The notes under the pieces were generated by a model. The model saw only the letters and a list, made by a program, of their open reading frames with translations, made no database searches and was not told where the DNA came from. Made by a program: the position numbers and the translations under genes. Positions 18,070-27,793 of a DNA stretch of 29,059 nucleotides are shown here, piece by piece. Positions within the stretch are counted from its first letter, which is position 1. Each line of letters begins with the position of its first letter. The DNA comes from Chlamydiia bacterium (GTDB lineage Bacteria; Chlamydiota; Chlamydiia; Chlamydiales; Parachlamydiaceae). The stretch spans positions 1 to 29,059 of the forward strand of contig JBBSJT010000016.1 of assembly GCA_038257035.1 (NCBI GenBank). The letters run 5' to 3'.

Positions 18070-18569
18070 GCAATCCCCCTCAGTTCTTTAACAGTTTCGC
18101 GGCTTCTTAACATTGCTAATGCCTTAAAAGTTGCCTTAACCTGATTAATAGGATTACTACAACCTAAACTCTTCGCAGTAACATCTTTGATTCCTGCAAG
18201 CTCTAGAACAGCACGCACTTTTGAACCTGCAATAACCCCAGCACCTGCGGGAGCCGGTTTGATAAGCAAGTGTGCTCCATCCCAACGAACAGAAACTTCA
18301 TGAGGGATTGTTGTACCGTTTTGTACAATTTTATGCATATTTTTACGTGCAGCCTCGCCACCCTTTCGAATTGCGTCAGTTAATTCATTAGCCTTTGCAA
18401 ATCCGTAACCTACTTCATCTCTACCATTACCAACTAAAATCAAAGCAGAAAAGCTAAACTTTCTTCCACCTTTAACAACTTTAGAACAGCGATTGATGTA
18501 AAGAACTTTCTCAGTTAAGTCGCTATGCGCTTTTTCTTTTTTGTTTTTTGATTCGTTAAATTTTGCCAT
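18066..18569 (-). CDS. rpsE: 30S ribosomal protein S5
   Basis: INRCSKVVKGGRKFSF. Confidence 0.98.
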   Translation of the reverse strand: MAKFNESKNKKEKAHSDLTEKVLYINRCSKVVKGGRKFSFSALILVGNGRDEVGYGFAKANELTDAIRKGGEAARKNMHKIVQNGTTIPHEVSVRWDGAHLLIKPAPAGAGVIAGSKVRAVLELAGIKDVTAKSLGCSNPINQVKATFKALAMLRSRETVKELRGIA

Positions 18570-18583
18570 GTAATTTCCTGATT

Positions 18584-18955
18584 TTAAAACTTAAGTCCGC
18601 CAGCACGTGCTGCGTTGGCAAGTTCGCTTAAGATCCCATGATAATTAAAAGGGCCACGATCAAAGATTACTTCTCTGATGTTTTTTTCTTTTGCAATCTC
18701 AGCGATACATTCACCAAGCTTACGCGCTGCAACTTTAGTCTTACGGCCGAATTCTGTATTGCGAAATTCTTTTTTGTATGTAGAAATAGCACCTACTGTC
18801 GTATGAGAATCGTCATCAATGAGCTGAACTTGGATGTGTTTGTTACTTTTAATTACGCTCAGTCTAGGTCTTGACGCAGTACCATGAAGACGTTTACGTA
18901 TTCTCCATGCGCGTTTTTTACGAATTAGCTGATTTTTAAGTATAATACTTCTCAT
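18584..18955 (-). CDS. rplR: 50S ribosomal protein L18
   Basis: RPRLSV, FDRG..YHG, AR.GGLKF. Confidence 0.97.
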   Translation of the reverse strand: MRSIILKNQLIRKKRAWRIRKRLHGTASRPRLSVIKSNKHIQVQLIDDDSHTTVGAISTYKKEFRNTEFGRKTKVAARKLGECIAEIAKEKNIREVIFDRGPFNYHGILSELANAARAGGLKF

Positions 18956-18971
18956 AAAATCCTTACTTTAT

Positions 18972-19514
18972 TTACTTCTTAGAAGCTGACTTACCAGCTT
19001 TCTTGCGAACAAATTCACCATTATAACGAATCCCTTTACCTTGGTAAGGTTCAGGTGGTTTTTTCGCTCTTACTGTTGCAACAAACTGCCCTAAAGCTTG
19101 CTTATCGCTACCAGTAGCTATGATGATGTTATTTTTTTCTACTTTAACAGTTATTCCGGCAGGTATCGCAACTTCAACGGGATGTGAGCAACCGATTTGT
19201 AAATCAAGTAACTCGCCTTTAACAGCTGCACGGTAACCGACTCCGATCATTTCCAATCTACGTTCAAAGCCTTTAGTAACGCCTTGAACCATGTTGTCAA
19301 TGAGGGTACGGTATAAACCGTGAAAATTCCCACTGTGTGGATGTGTCTCGGCTAAAGCAACGATAACTTGATCGCCTTCTACTTTAACGTTGATTCCTTC
19401 TTGAATCTGTTGATTTAGAGATCCCTTCGGTCCCTTTACCGTAACTGTTAAACCATTTACGTTTACGTCAACCCCTTTAGGAAGGGGTACCGGCTGATTA
19501 CCTTTACGTGACAT
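18972..19514 (-). CDS. rplF: 50S ribosomal protein L6
   Basis: GVGYRA, PPEPYQGKGIRY. Confidence 0.98.
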   Translation of the reverse strand: MSRKGNQPVPLPKGVDVNVNGLTVTVKGPKGSLNQQIQEGINVKVEGDQVIVALAETHPHSGNFHGLYRTLIDNMVQGVTKGFERRLEMIGVGYRAAVKGELLDLQIGCSHPVEVAIPAGITVKVEKNNIIIATGSDKQALGQFVATVRAKKPPEPYQGKGIRYNGEFVRKKAGKSASKK

Positions 19515-19553
19515 TTCAAAAACTCCTTAATAATGAGGCTAATAGCGTATCAG

Positions 19554-19955
19554 TTACCAAACTAAACATAGCAGTTCGCCGCCGATCTTTCTTTTTTTTG
19601 CCTCAATTCCAGCCATAACACCTTGCGATGTTGATACAATTGATAACCCCATTCCACCGTAAAAGCGTGGGATATCGTCATGACCGACGTATCGACGCAA
19701 ACCGGGTTTTGAAATTCGCTTCAACCCTTGAATAACGGGCTGACGTCCATCTGCATATTTCAAGAAAACACGCATTGTTCCACGCGCATTTTCATCGCGT
19801 TGAATAATGAAGTTTTCAACAAATCCTTGAAATTTTAATATCTCTGCAATATTTTGCTTTATTTTACTCCAACTCACATCGACATAACGATGCTCTGCTT
19901 TAGTTGCATTGCGAATCCTTGTCAGGAAATCGGCTATTGGATCACTGAGTGCCAT
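19554..19955 (-). CDS. rpsH: 30S ribosomal protein S8
   Basis: DPIADFLTRIRNA, SKPGLRRY, GGELL. Confidence 0.98.
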   Translation of the reverse strand: MALSDPIADFLTRIRNATKAEHRYVDVSWSKIKQNIAEILKFQGFVENFIIQRDENARGTMRVFLKYADGRQPVIQGLKRISKPGLRRYVGHDDIPRFYGGMGLSIVSTSQGVMAGIEAKKRKIGGELLCLVW

Positions 19956-19973
19956 GAATTCCTTCTCCTATAC

Positions 19974-20531
19974 TTAAGCTTGTACCGAAACCGGCAAATT
20001 TTTAAATGGTAAACCAAGTAATCTCAACAGTTCAACGCAATCTGCATCATTTTCAGCTGTCGTTACAAAAGAGATATTCATCCCTTGGTCACGTTTTACT
20101 TTGTCCAGATCAATTTCTGGAAATATGCTTTGATTAGTAATCCCTAAGGTATAGTTTCCCCGACCATCGCATTTCGTTTCAAATCCTCTAAAGTCACCGA
20201 TACGAGGGCAAACAATATTAAAAAATCTATCAAGAAATTCAAACATACGTTTACCTCTTAAGGTAACTTTAAGACCAATTGATTGACCTTCACGTAGTTT
20301 AAAGTTCGAAATTGCTTTCTTAGCTTTCACAATCACCGGTTTTTGACCAGAAATCAATGTTAATTCATTTACGCAATCTTGTATAGAGTTTTTATCTTTT
20401 GAAGCTTCGGCAATTCCCATGTTGATAACAACTTTCTTCAAAGCAGGTATTTTCATTGGATTATCATATCCAAACTGCTTGACTAATTGTTGCTTCACTT
20501 CTTCTAGATATTTTTTGTATAACCTAGCCAT
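19974..20531 (-). CDS. rplE: 50S ribosomal protein L5
   Basis: [21 protein letters not shown]. Confidence 0.98.
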   Translation of the reverse strand: MARLYKKYLEEVKQQLVKQFGYDNPMKIPALKKVVINMGIAEASKDKNSIQDCVNELTLISGQKPVIVKAKKAISNFKLREGQSIGLKVTLRGKRMFEFLDRFFNIVCPRIGDFRGFETKCDGRGNYTLGITNQSIFPEIDLDKVKRDQGMNISFVTTAENDADCVELLRLLGLPFKNLPVSVQA

Positions 20532-20551
20532 TTTCTCAACTCGTTTTAAAT

Positions 20552-20917
20552 TTATGATTTTTTGATTGAACGATAAACCACATTCTTACCATCTGCTTGG
20601 TAGCAGAGCTCGCGCTCACCTTTAGCATTCACTGAACACTTAAGGTTTAATGGTTTACCCAACGCGTCACATACTCGCAAATTGGATATGTGAATTGGTT
20701 TTTCCAATTCAATAATTCCGCCTTGCGGGTTTGCTTGATCACGTTTAACATGTTTCTTACGTACGTTCAACCCTTGAACGACTGCCTTATCACCCATACG
20801 TTTAAGTACTGTTCCAGTCTGTTCTTTGTAGCTTCCGGAAAGAACGACAACCTTATCGCCCTTACGGATTCTATTATTTAGTTTTATACTTGTCTCTGGC
20901 TTTGTCTTCTTATTCAC
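20552..20917 (-). CDS. rplX: 50S ribosomal protein L24
   Basis: KOW motif [21 protein letters not shown] start with GAGG SD. Confidence 0.97.
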   Translation of the reverse strand: MNKKTKPETSIKLNNRIRKGDKVVVLSGSYKEQTGTVLKRMGDKAVVQGLNVRKKHVKRDQANPQGGIIELEKPIHISNLRVCDALGKPLNLKCSVNAKGERELCYQADGKNVVYRSIKKS

Positions 20918-20933
20918 TTTATGCCTCTTATAT

Positions 20934-21302
20934 TTAAATCACTTCAGGAGCTAAGGAAGCGATTTTCAAAAAATCTCGATCACGGACTTCGCGTGCTACC
21001 GGTCCGAAAATACGCGTACCTTTTGGGTTGTTTTTCTCATCAATTACAACACACGCATTTGAATCAAATCTTAAAGATGTTCCATCCGGACGCTTTATAT
21101 ATTTCTTCTGTCTTACAATAACACACTTAACGACATCACCCTTTTTAATGCTGCTATCCGGTTCCGCATCTTGAACAGCACAAACGATAATATCGCCCAC
21201 TGCTGCATAACGACGGCGTGATCCACCTAGAACTTTAAAACATTTGACCCGCTTCGCACCTGAGTTATCCGCAACTTTTAGCTGGGTTTCTTGTTGAATC
21301 AT
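20934..21302 (-). CDS. rplN: 50S ribosomal protein L14
   Basis: [19 protein letters not shown]. Confidence 0.98.
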   Translation of the reverse strand: MIQQETQLKVADNSGAKRVKCFKVLGGSRRRYAAVGDIIVCAVQDAEPDSSIKKGDVVKCVIVRQKKYIKRPDGTSLRFDSNACVVIDEKNNPKGTRIFGPVAREVRDRDFLKIASLAPEVI

Positions 21303-21336
21303 AACTTACTAACTCCACTCTTTTTTGGATTTACGC

Positions 21337-21588
21337 TTAAGCGACAACCCGCCATCTTTTTAATTTTGACAATGGTCTTGTTTCAATCACAGTTACTTCA
21401 TCACCAATCTCTAATTTCTTCACATCATTATGTGCATAAACTTTTGTGGCCTGTGTAATCACTTTGCCATATTGAGGGTGACGCAATTTTCGTTCGATTT
21501 TTACAACGACCGTTTTGTCCATTTTATTAGAAACAACAGTTCCTTTGCGAACTTTACGTTTATTTCTTACTATTAGTTCATTATCCAT
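21337..21588 (-). CDS. rpsQ: 30S ribosomal protein S17
   Basis: [16 protein letters not shown]. Confidence 0.98.
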   Translation of the reverse strand: MDNELIVRNKRKVRKGTVVSNKMDKTVVVKIERKLRHPQYGKVITQATKVYAHNDVKKLEIGDEVTVIETRPLSKLKRWRVVA

Positions 21589-21596
21589 GATATTCC

Positions 21597-21812
21597 TTAA
21601 ACCGCGCTTTGTTGTTTGGCCAATTGCTTCTGATGAATAACTGTCAGCAACCTGGCGATATCTTTTCTTTTTTCACGAATTAAATGTGGTTTCTCTGCTT
21701 TTTTTGCTTGCTTAGATTCATTTACAAGACGAAAAAGGGATTTACGACAATCATTGCATTGAGCTTGTAGCTCTTCTGACGTTTGGTCTCTTAAATCTTT
21801 TGCTTTTAACAT
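21597..21812 (-). CDS. rpmC: 50S ribosomal protein L29
   Basis: [16 protein letters not shown]; operon position. Confidence 0.95.
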   Translation of the reverse strand: MLKAKDLRDQTSEELQAQCNDCRKSLFRLVNESKQAKKAEKPHLIREKRKDIARLLTVIHQKQLAKQQSAV

Positions 21813-21820
21813 ACTTTACC

Positions 21821-22240
21821 TTAAACTTGTTCTACACGTTCAACGAAACGTGTTTTTAGACCTAATTTAGCAGCAGCTCTTCTAAGCGCACTCTGTGCAA
21901 GCTCTCTTGGAACATTACCTACTTCGAAAAGTATTCTTCCGGGCTTAACAACCGCAACGTAATGATCTACTGCTCCTTTTCCTTTACCCATACGAACTTC
22001 TGCCGGTTTTTTTGTAATCGGCTTGTCCGGGAAAATTCTAATCCATACTTTACCACGGCGCTGGAAGAAACGGTTAATCGTTACACGACACGCTTCAATC
22101 TGCTGATTAGTAATCCAACCGCGTTCTAAAACTTGTATTCCAAATTCACCAAAATGAACAAATGCGGCACCTTTGCTTAATCCAGCAAATTGACCTTTTT
22201 GCACTTTACGGTGTTTGGTTTTTTTTGGCATCAAAGGCAT
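21821..22240 (-). CDS. rplP: 50S ribosomal protein L16
   Basis: [16 protein letters not shown]. Confidence 0.98.
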   Translation of the reverse strand: MPLMPKKTKHRKVQKGQFAGLSKGAAFVHFGEFGIQVLERGWITNQQIEACRVTINRFFQRRGKVWIRIFPDKPITKKPAEVRMGKGKGAVDHYVAVVKPGRILFEVGNVPRELAQSALRRAAAKLGLKTRFVERVEQV

Positions 22241-22242
22241 GG

Positions 22243-22890
22243 TTATGAACCCTCCTTACTCGTCTCTGTGTCTTCACCTTTATAGATCCACACTTTTACC
22301 CCTATGCTTCCATAAGTAGTTTCAGCGCGGCCCATTGCATAATCAATATCTGCTCTGATTGTATGAAGTGGAGTACTACCTTCCTTGTACCATTCAGTAC
22401 GAGCAATCTCAGCACCACCAATACGACCTGAACACTGAACCTTAATACCTAAAGCACCGGCTTCCATTGCAGCTTGCATCGCTTTCTTCATTGCTCTTCT
22501 AAATGGAATTCTACGCTCTAATTGCTTAGCGATTCCATCAGCTACAACTTTAGCATCCATATCAGGTCTTTTAACTTCTTCAACTTCGACCCAAACTTCC
22601 TTACCTGTCAATTTGAAAAGCTCAGATTTTAGAATATCAATTTCTGCGCCTTTCTTCCCGATGACAAGACCTGGTCTTGCTGTAACAATCGTCACTTCAA
22701 TCTTTTCACTCATACGTCTGATTTTAATCATTGACGCGCCTGAACAAGCCGGCTTCTTTAATAAGTAAGATCTGATCTTATGATCTTCAATCAGTAGATC
22801 ACCAAACTCTTGTTTATTCGCATACCACCTGGAGCGCCAGTTGCGATTTCGAACAAGGCGAAAGCCTATCGGATTCGTTTTTTGTCCCAT
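22243..22890 (-). CDS. rpsC: 30S ribosomal protein S3
   Basis: [22 protein letters not shown]. Confidence 0.98.
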   Translation of the reverse strand: MGQKTNPIGFRLVRNRNWRSRWYANKQEFGDLLIEDHKIRSYLLKKPACSGASMIKIRRMSEKIEVTIVTARPGLVIGKKGAEIDILKSELFKLTGKEVWVEVEEVKRPDMDAKVVADGIAKQLERRIPFRRAMKKAMQAAMEAGALGIKVQCSGRIGGAEIARTEWYKEGSTPLHTIRADIDYAMGRAETTYGSIGVKVWIYKGEDTETSKEGS

Positions 22891-22901
22891 TAAATTACTC
22901 C

Positions 22902-23234
22902 TTATTCAGTACTGACGATCACTGTGAGGTGACTGGTTCTTTTCAAGATCGCATGACGGCCACCACGGTTTTTAGGCTTTGAGCGCTTTAACCTTGGACC
23001 TTCGTCAATCCGAACTTCTTTAACTTTTAAGTTTTCACGTTTTGCATCCAACTGACTTTCGGCGTTGGCTACGGCACTGTCAAGAGTCTTTATCAATAAA
23101 CGGCCACCTTTCATATTACAAAAAGAGAGCTGCGTCATTGCATTAGACACTGATAATCCACGGATTAATCCTGCGGCTAAGCGTGCTTTCCGCGGACTTA
23201 CTCGTACATATTTACTAATCGCTTTCGCTTCCAT
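22902..23234 (-). CDS. rplV: 50S ribosomal protein L22 (start moved to ATG 23234)
   Basis: [23 protein letters not shown]. Confidence 0.97.
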   Translation of the reverse strand: MEAKAISKYVRVSPRKARLAAGLIRGLSVSNAMTQLSFCNMKGGRLLIKTLDSAVANAESQLDAKRENLKVKEVRIDEGPRLKRSKPKNRGGRHAILKRTSHLTVIVSTE

Positions 23235-23247
23235 TTTTCTCAAACCT

Positions 23248-23499
23248 TTACTTCTTAATTGGGTGGCCTTTAAACGTACGTGTCGGAGAAAATTCACCTA
23301 AACGGTGGCCTACCATGTTTTCTGTAACAAAAACGGAAATAAATTTCTTTCCATTGTGTACTTCAAATGTTAGACCGATCATTTCAGGAATAATCATCGA
23401 ACGTCTTGACCATGTTTTAATCGGTTTTTTTATTCCAACTATGATCTTTTTCAATAAATGATGATCAACAAAAGGACCTTTTTTTAAGGATCTAGCCAT
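23248..23499 (-). CDS. rpsS: 30S ribosomal protein S19
   Basis: [23 protein letters not shown]. Confidence 0.98.
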   Translation of the reverse strand: MARSLKKGPFVDHHLLKKIIVGIKKPIKTWSRRSMIIPEMIGLTFEVHNGKKFISVFVTENMVGHRLGEFSPTRTFKGHPIKK

Positions 23500-23501
23500 A
23501 T

Positions 23502-24347
23502 CTATTTCTTCCTTCGATCTTTAACAATAAACTTAAGCGATTTTTTCTGAGATCTTGTTCGAAGACCGCGAGTATATAGCGCCCAAGGGGTTTGTGGGAT
23601 ATTACCTTTGTGCTTACCTTCACCACCACCGTGCGGGTGATCGACAGGATTCATAGCAGTACCACGAACAGTCGGTCGCACACCTTTCCAACGCATACGT
23701 CCGGCTTTACCTTCAACGCGCAAATTGTACTCGGAATTCGAAACTGTTCCAAACGTTGCATAGCAATTTTCATTAATCAATCGCATTTCGCCAGACGGCA
23801 TACGAATCGTTGCATATCCATTGCTTCTAGCCATTAACTGAGCAGATAGTCCAGCTGAGCGAACCAAAACCGCGCCTCTTCCAGGATACATTTCAATATT
23901 ATGAATTGTAGATCCGAAAGGCATGAATTTTAATTGCATGCAGCAACCAACACTGAATGGAGGTTCCTGACTAGTCTGTACCATATCGCCTTGCTTTAAG
24001 CCATGTGGAGCAATAATGTAACGTTTTTCGCCATCGACATAATTTAATAGTGCAATATATGCAGATCTGTTTGGATCATACTCAATGCTTGCAACACGTG
24101 CCGGTATATTTAATTTATCGCGTTTGAAATCAATCATACGATAATGACGTTTATGTCCGCCACCTTTGTGTCTGCAAGTAATATGTCCGTTATTATTACG
24201 GCCATTTGTCCGTTTCTTTGTTAAAAGAAGAGATTTTAGTGGCTTAACAGTAGCTTTCTTACCTTCAACTGCACGTGTTAACTCATTGTTAGCCGGTAAT
24301 ACCAGCTGACGTGTGCCAGGTGTAATCGGTCGATATTTTTTTAACAT
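23502..24347 (-). CDS. rplB: 50S ribosomal protein L2
   Basis: [22 protein letters not shown]. Confidence 0.98.
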   Translation of the reverse strand: MLKKYRPITPGTRQLVLPANNELTRAVEGKKATVKPLKSLLLTKKRTNGRNNNGHITCRHKGGGHKRHYRMIDFKRDKLNIPARVASIEYDPNRSAYIALLNYVDGEKRYIIAPHGLKQGDMVQTSQEPPFSVGCCMQLKFMPFGSTIHNIEMYPGRGAVLVRSAGLSAQLMARSNGYATIRMPSGEMRLINENCYATFGTVSNSEYNLRVEGKAGRMRWKGVRPTVRGTAMNPVDHPHGGGEGKHKGNIPQTPWALYTRGLRTRSQKKSLKFIVKDRRKK

Positions 24348-24365
24348 CTTCTCAAGAGCCTCTTT

Positions 24366-24701
24366 TTATACGTTGTCCAAGCTGTCGCCTTCTTGCAAGG
24401 TCACAACCGCTTTTTTAAATGCAGATGTATTACCTAAGCGTCCACGCACTCTTCTTGCTTTTGGCTTAACATTAATCGTATTAACATCAACAACTTTAAT
24501 ATTTTTTTCGCTATAAATCTCTTCTAGCGCTACAGCAATCTCTTGTTTGTTTGCTTTATTGTCTACAATAAATACATACTTTGGAGACTTGCAACGTTTA
24601 AGAGAAACATTGCTTTCCGCATTTTGCAAGTTTTGAAGCATCATTGCTTTTTCAGTAACATGTTGATGCTTGATCACATGATAGGGATTCTTATTAGCCA
24701 T
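24366..24701 (-). CDS. rplW: 50S ribosomal protein L23
   Basis: VTEKA, ANKQEI, KKAVVTL. Confidence 0.96.
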   Translation of the reverse strand: MANKNPYHVIKHQHVTEKAMMLQNLQNAESNVSLKRCKSPKYVFIVDNKANKQEIAVALEEIYSEKNIKVVDVNTINVKPKARRVRGRLGNTSAFKKAVVTLQEGDSLDNV

Positions 24702-24711
24702 TCTTATTCCT

Positions 24712-25395
24712 TTAACTTAACCAGTCGTTCAATTCTTCAAACGCAGCAGCAGTCATCACGATATTTCTTGCACGCATGACATCATACCCACTAATATTTG
24801 TTGCCAGTGAAAACTCGGCCTTTTGAATATTGCGCATACTCTTGATAAAGTTATCATGTATTTCGTTTTGAACGCTTACACGTTTTACAACGTTTTCTGT
24901 TTTTACTTCAGCATAGTTACCTTCGCCAAGAAAAAGAATGATTCCAGTTAAACCTGTTTTTTCTATGAACGCCGCAACAGACTTAGTTCTTGGAGCTTAA
25001 ATATTTGTTGATTCCAAAATTAAAATTTGATTTTCTCTAATTTTTTCTGAAATCAAAAAGCGAATAGCAGCTTTACGTTCTTTTTTATTGATTCTCACAT
25101 GCTGATCAAATTTTGGTCTTGGACCAAATACGCGACCACCACCCTTATATTGAGGGGAAGAAAGACGACCTTGACGCGCTCTACCGCCACCTTTTTGAGG
25201 GTGAGGTTTTTTCGTTGAATGGTTGACTTCTCCGCGGGTCTTTGTATTAGCTGACCATTGTCTCGCGTTTGCTCGTAATGCAATAATATAGTCTTTGATC
25301 ATCTGGCCATTGGCTTCAGCATTAGCAAGCGTTTCGCTTACTGCTACGTGACCGACTTCTTGGCCTTCGAGATTATATTTTTTTAGTGTTGACAC
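24712..25395 (-). CDS. rplD: 50S ribosomal protein L4, interrupted by an in-frame TAA at 24997-24999
   Basis: KPHPQKGGGRARQG, GGGRVFGPRP. After the stop the same frame continues APRTK...KSMRNI...GYDVMRARNIVMT...LS* to 24712. Confidence 0.93.
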
Positions 25396-25414
25396 AATTT
25401 ACTCCACATGATCT

Positions 25415-26092
25415 TTATTTTTTTGCATGTTTCTTAGGCTTAGTCTTCTTTACCGCTGAAGAAATGTAAACCAAACCGTTGACAGGACCTGGAACTTGAC
25501 CTTTAACAATGATCACATTTTCCGCTCCATCAACTCTAACAACTTCTATATTTTGTACTGTTTTTTGCTCATGTCCCATATGACTTGCGCGCTTTCCACC
25601 CGGGAAACAACGACCTGGTGTTGTACGCATTCCGGTAGAACCAGCGTGTCTATGAAAACTTGAACCGTGAGAAGCTGGACCCCCTGCAAAGTTATGAAGT
25701 TTCATAACCCCTTGGTAGCCTTTTCCTTTTGAAGTGCCAGTGACATCAACAAAAGCTTGCTCAGCAAACAATTCAATGCTAATCTCTTGCCCTAGAGTAA
25801 AATCATTTACTGCATCTACACGAGATTCAATTAAATGCTTACGAGGTTCAACAGAAGCTTTAGCAAAATGACCTCTCATCGGTTTCGTTGATCTTCTTGC
25901 CAACGTACGAGGATCTTTTACTATAACTTTTTCAAAACTTAACTGAATAGCGTTATAGCCATCAGTTTCTTTTGTTTTAATCTGTGAAATAACGTTTGGT
26001 TCAACTTCGATAACCGTTGCAGCAATAACATTGCCTTTGTCATCAAAAACCTGAGTCATTCCACGTTTTCTACCCATTAGCTTAAGCGCCAT
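25415..26092 (-). CDS. rplC: 50S ribosomal protein L3
   Basis: KRGMTQ, SKGKGYQG, HRHAGSTG. Confidence 0.98.
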   Translation of the reverse strand: MALKLMGRKRGMTQVFDDKGNVIAATVIEVEPNVISQIKTKETDGYNAIQLSFEKVIVKDPRTLARRSTKPMRGHFAKASVEPRKHLIESRVDAVNDFTLGQEISIELFAEQAFVDVTGTSKGKGYQGVMKLHNFAGGPASHGSSFHRHAGSTGMRTTPGRCFPGGKRASHMGHEQKTVQNIEVVRVDGAENVIIVKGQVPGPVNGLVYISSAVKKTKPKKHAKK

Positions 26093-26277
26093 AATGCTTA
26101 ATCCTTCACTCGATTGATACCACCGCTAAAATATAGCGGCTTTACTTAATTTATGCAATAATTGTTTAGAAACGATACCTTATTGACTAGTGAAAAGGTG
26201 CGCACGAAATGCGTTCTTAATCAGAGCTTCAAAGGGACTTTCAATTTAAAAGCATATTTTTTTATGCTTAAAATAGG

Positions 26278-26306
26278 AGATTACCAAACTGGCTGTTTTT
26301 TAACAA
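26278..26306 (-). promoter_or_regulatory. Ribosomal (rplC) operon promoter
   Basis: TTGTTA-N17-TAATCT with TG extension, ~180 nt upstream of rplC. Confidence 0.55.
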
Positions 26307-26326
26307 CAGAAATCTGATGTTTTTTT

Positions 26327-26842
26327 TCAAAAATCAATTTTAATCACCTCACCATCTTTCAATTTCCTCCCTTTTTGACTTTTCAATAACTTTATTCTGC
26401 CTTTGTAACCCACCTTAGAGGCTAATTCATCAAAACTTGTACCTTTTGGAAAACTTCTCTCTTCTTTTGAATCATCAGGGAATATTAAAATGATTTTTAT
26501 TAGTTTTAAGGTGGGAATCTTAATCTTTTGGCCCTTTCTTAAAACAACATTCAATTTAAGTTTTGACAAATCAGCTTCCTGTTTCGGTTTGACAAGTAAT
26601 AATAAATCTTTTAATTTTGCACCTCGTTTAATTTCAAACCTGCCGGGAAACTCCACCTCACCTTCGACAAACACCTCAATATTTGTGCTGGTAACATAAT
26701 GAGGGATTTCTTCTTTGGATTGTGCCGTCGAATCAGAGCTACATGAATGGGTAGAAACGGTCAGGAGGAGCATAATAGCAATAAAAAAGATAACTGCCAT
26801 CCATTCATGGATGTAAAGTTTGTTATGGTATGCTTCCGTCAT
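26327..26842 (-). CDS. Membrane-anchored SLBB (beta-grasp) protein, similar to the ComEA N-terminal region
   Basis: TM helix, then VFVEGEVEFPGRFEI..G..LKDLL...ADLS.L.L...L..GQKIKIP; a second degenerate repeat ends LKDGEVIKI; no HhH domain. Confidence 0.75.
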   Translation of the reverse strand: MTEAYHNKLYIHEWMAVIFFIAIMLLLTVSTHSCSSDSTAQSKEEIPHYVTSTNIEVFVEGEVEFPGRFEIKRGAKLKDLLLLVKPKQEADLSKLKLNVVLRKGQKIKIPTLKLIKIILIFPDDSKEERSFPKGTSFDELASKVGYKGRIKLLKSQKGRKLKDGEVIKIDF

Positions 26843-26875
26843 TGTGACTTATAGGGTTTAACTTAAAGATAAATC

Positions 26876-26924
26876 CAACGGGTTAAAACCCGTTGAAACA
26901 TGCGCAGGTTAAAACCTACGCTAC
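26876..26924 (-). repeat. Tandem REP-like palindromes
   Basis: Minus strand GTAG-CGTAGG-TTTTAA-CCTGCG and GTTT-CAACGGG-TTTTAA-CCCGTTG. Confidence 0.65.
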
Positions 26925-26940
26925 AAAAAATTTGACCTGC

Positions 26941-26988
26941 AAAAAAAAAGGCGCAAGGATTGTTTTACTAGTAATCCTTGCGCCTTTT
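26941..26988 (-). terminator. Intrinsic (probably bidirectional) terminator
   Basis: AAAAGGCGCAAGGATT/AATCCTTGCGCCTTTT stem, T9 on the minus strand. Confidence 0.9.
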
Positions 26989-27011
26989 AACAGATAAATA
27001 AAAGTATTTAT

Positions 27012-27773
27012 TTACGCTGCTGCAGCACCATGAGTAGCTTTAATTAAAGCGGCTGATGCTGAGATCATTCCAAGGGAATTATTAGCATATTGACCAACTT
27101 TTAAAACACTATAGCTTACGGCTAGAACAGTACCTGAAACAGGCATTGTGGTTATTGCGGAAGCTGCTGTAACGCTTAATGTTAAGCCTACAATTGCAAA
27201 TTTAGCAACATCGGCAATCACAGCAATACGGTTTTTATGAACGGCTTTCACATAACCTGCACTGTTTTTATAACCTTCAAGTCTGATACTTTCGTTATAA
27301 TTGTCATAAATTGAAAAGCCTGTACTTGCGAGGATTAAACTGTCTTTTACTACACTAAATGCTGGTGAGTAATCTAGAATAATAGCAGTAAATTTATAAC
27401 GACCTAAAAATTGACTAACTGTTGCAAGAGAAAGGATCTTTAACTGATCCAATCCTTTAAATAGATCAAGACCTTGTGCTCCTAATAAAATCCCTTTACT
27501 TATTTTCTTAGCAGTTGTTTTATAATCAGGCTTTCCCCCTAAAGCAGTGTTGGTAAAACCTGCAACTGTATTAGTAAAACCTAAAGTTGAAATTAGACCT
27601 GTTACAACTTTAAATTCTTTGGCAATATCACTTGGACAAAAATCCAAGTTGACAACAAATTTGCAAACTTTATCGACTACGTCAGATGATCCCCCTGCTG
27701 CAAGTGGACTATAAAACAAATCAGCTGTCATGACTTTTAAGGTTTGGAAGTATGTCGGTGTGTTATTTAACAT
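27012..27773 (-). CDS. Ala/Val-rich hydrophobic protein at the Cap1 (CT529) locus; candidate inclusion-membrane/T3SS effector
   Basis: Located between fmt and rplC, where C. trachomatis has cap1. It has a long C-terminal hydrophobic region, and VIADVAKF resembles Cap1 CVADVFKL as recalled. Confidence 0.55.
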   Translation of the reverse strand: MLNNTPTYFQTLKVMTADLFYSPLAAGGSSDVVDKVCKFVVNLDFCPSDIAKEFKVVTGLISTLGFTNTVAGFTNTALGGKPDYKTTAKKISKGILLGAQGLDLFKGLDQLKILSLATVSQFLGRYKFTAIILDYSPAFSVVKDSLILASTGFSIYDNYNESIRLEGYKNSAGYVKAVHKNRIAVIADVAKFAIVGLTLSVTAASAITTMPVSGTVLAVSYSVLKVGQYANNSLGMISASAALIKATHGAAAA

Positions 27774-27793
27774 GATTTTCTCGCTTTATTTTA

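Noticed and set aside
23235..23297. N-terminal extension of L22 in the ORF track
   Set aside because: It overlaps rpsS; ATG 23234 gives the canonical length.
24997..24999. Stop-codon reassignment (TAA as sense)
   Set aside because: TAA ends many neighbouring genes at their expected C-termini, so the genetic code is standard.
13526..26092. Absence of rpsJ, rpsN, rpmD, adk, map, infA, rpmJ and rpsD from the cluster
   Set aside because: This is the normal chlamydial arrangement, not a novelty.
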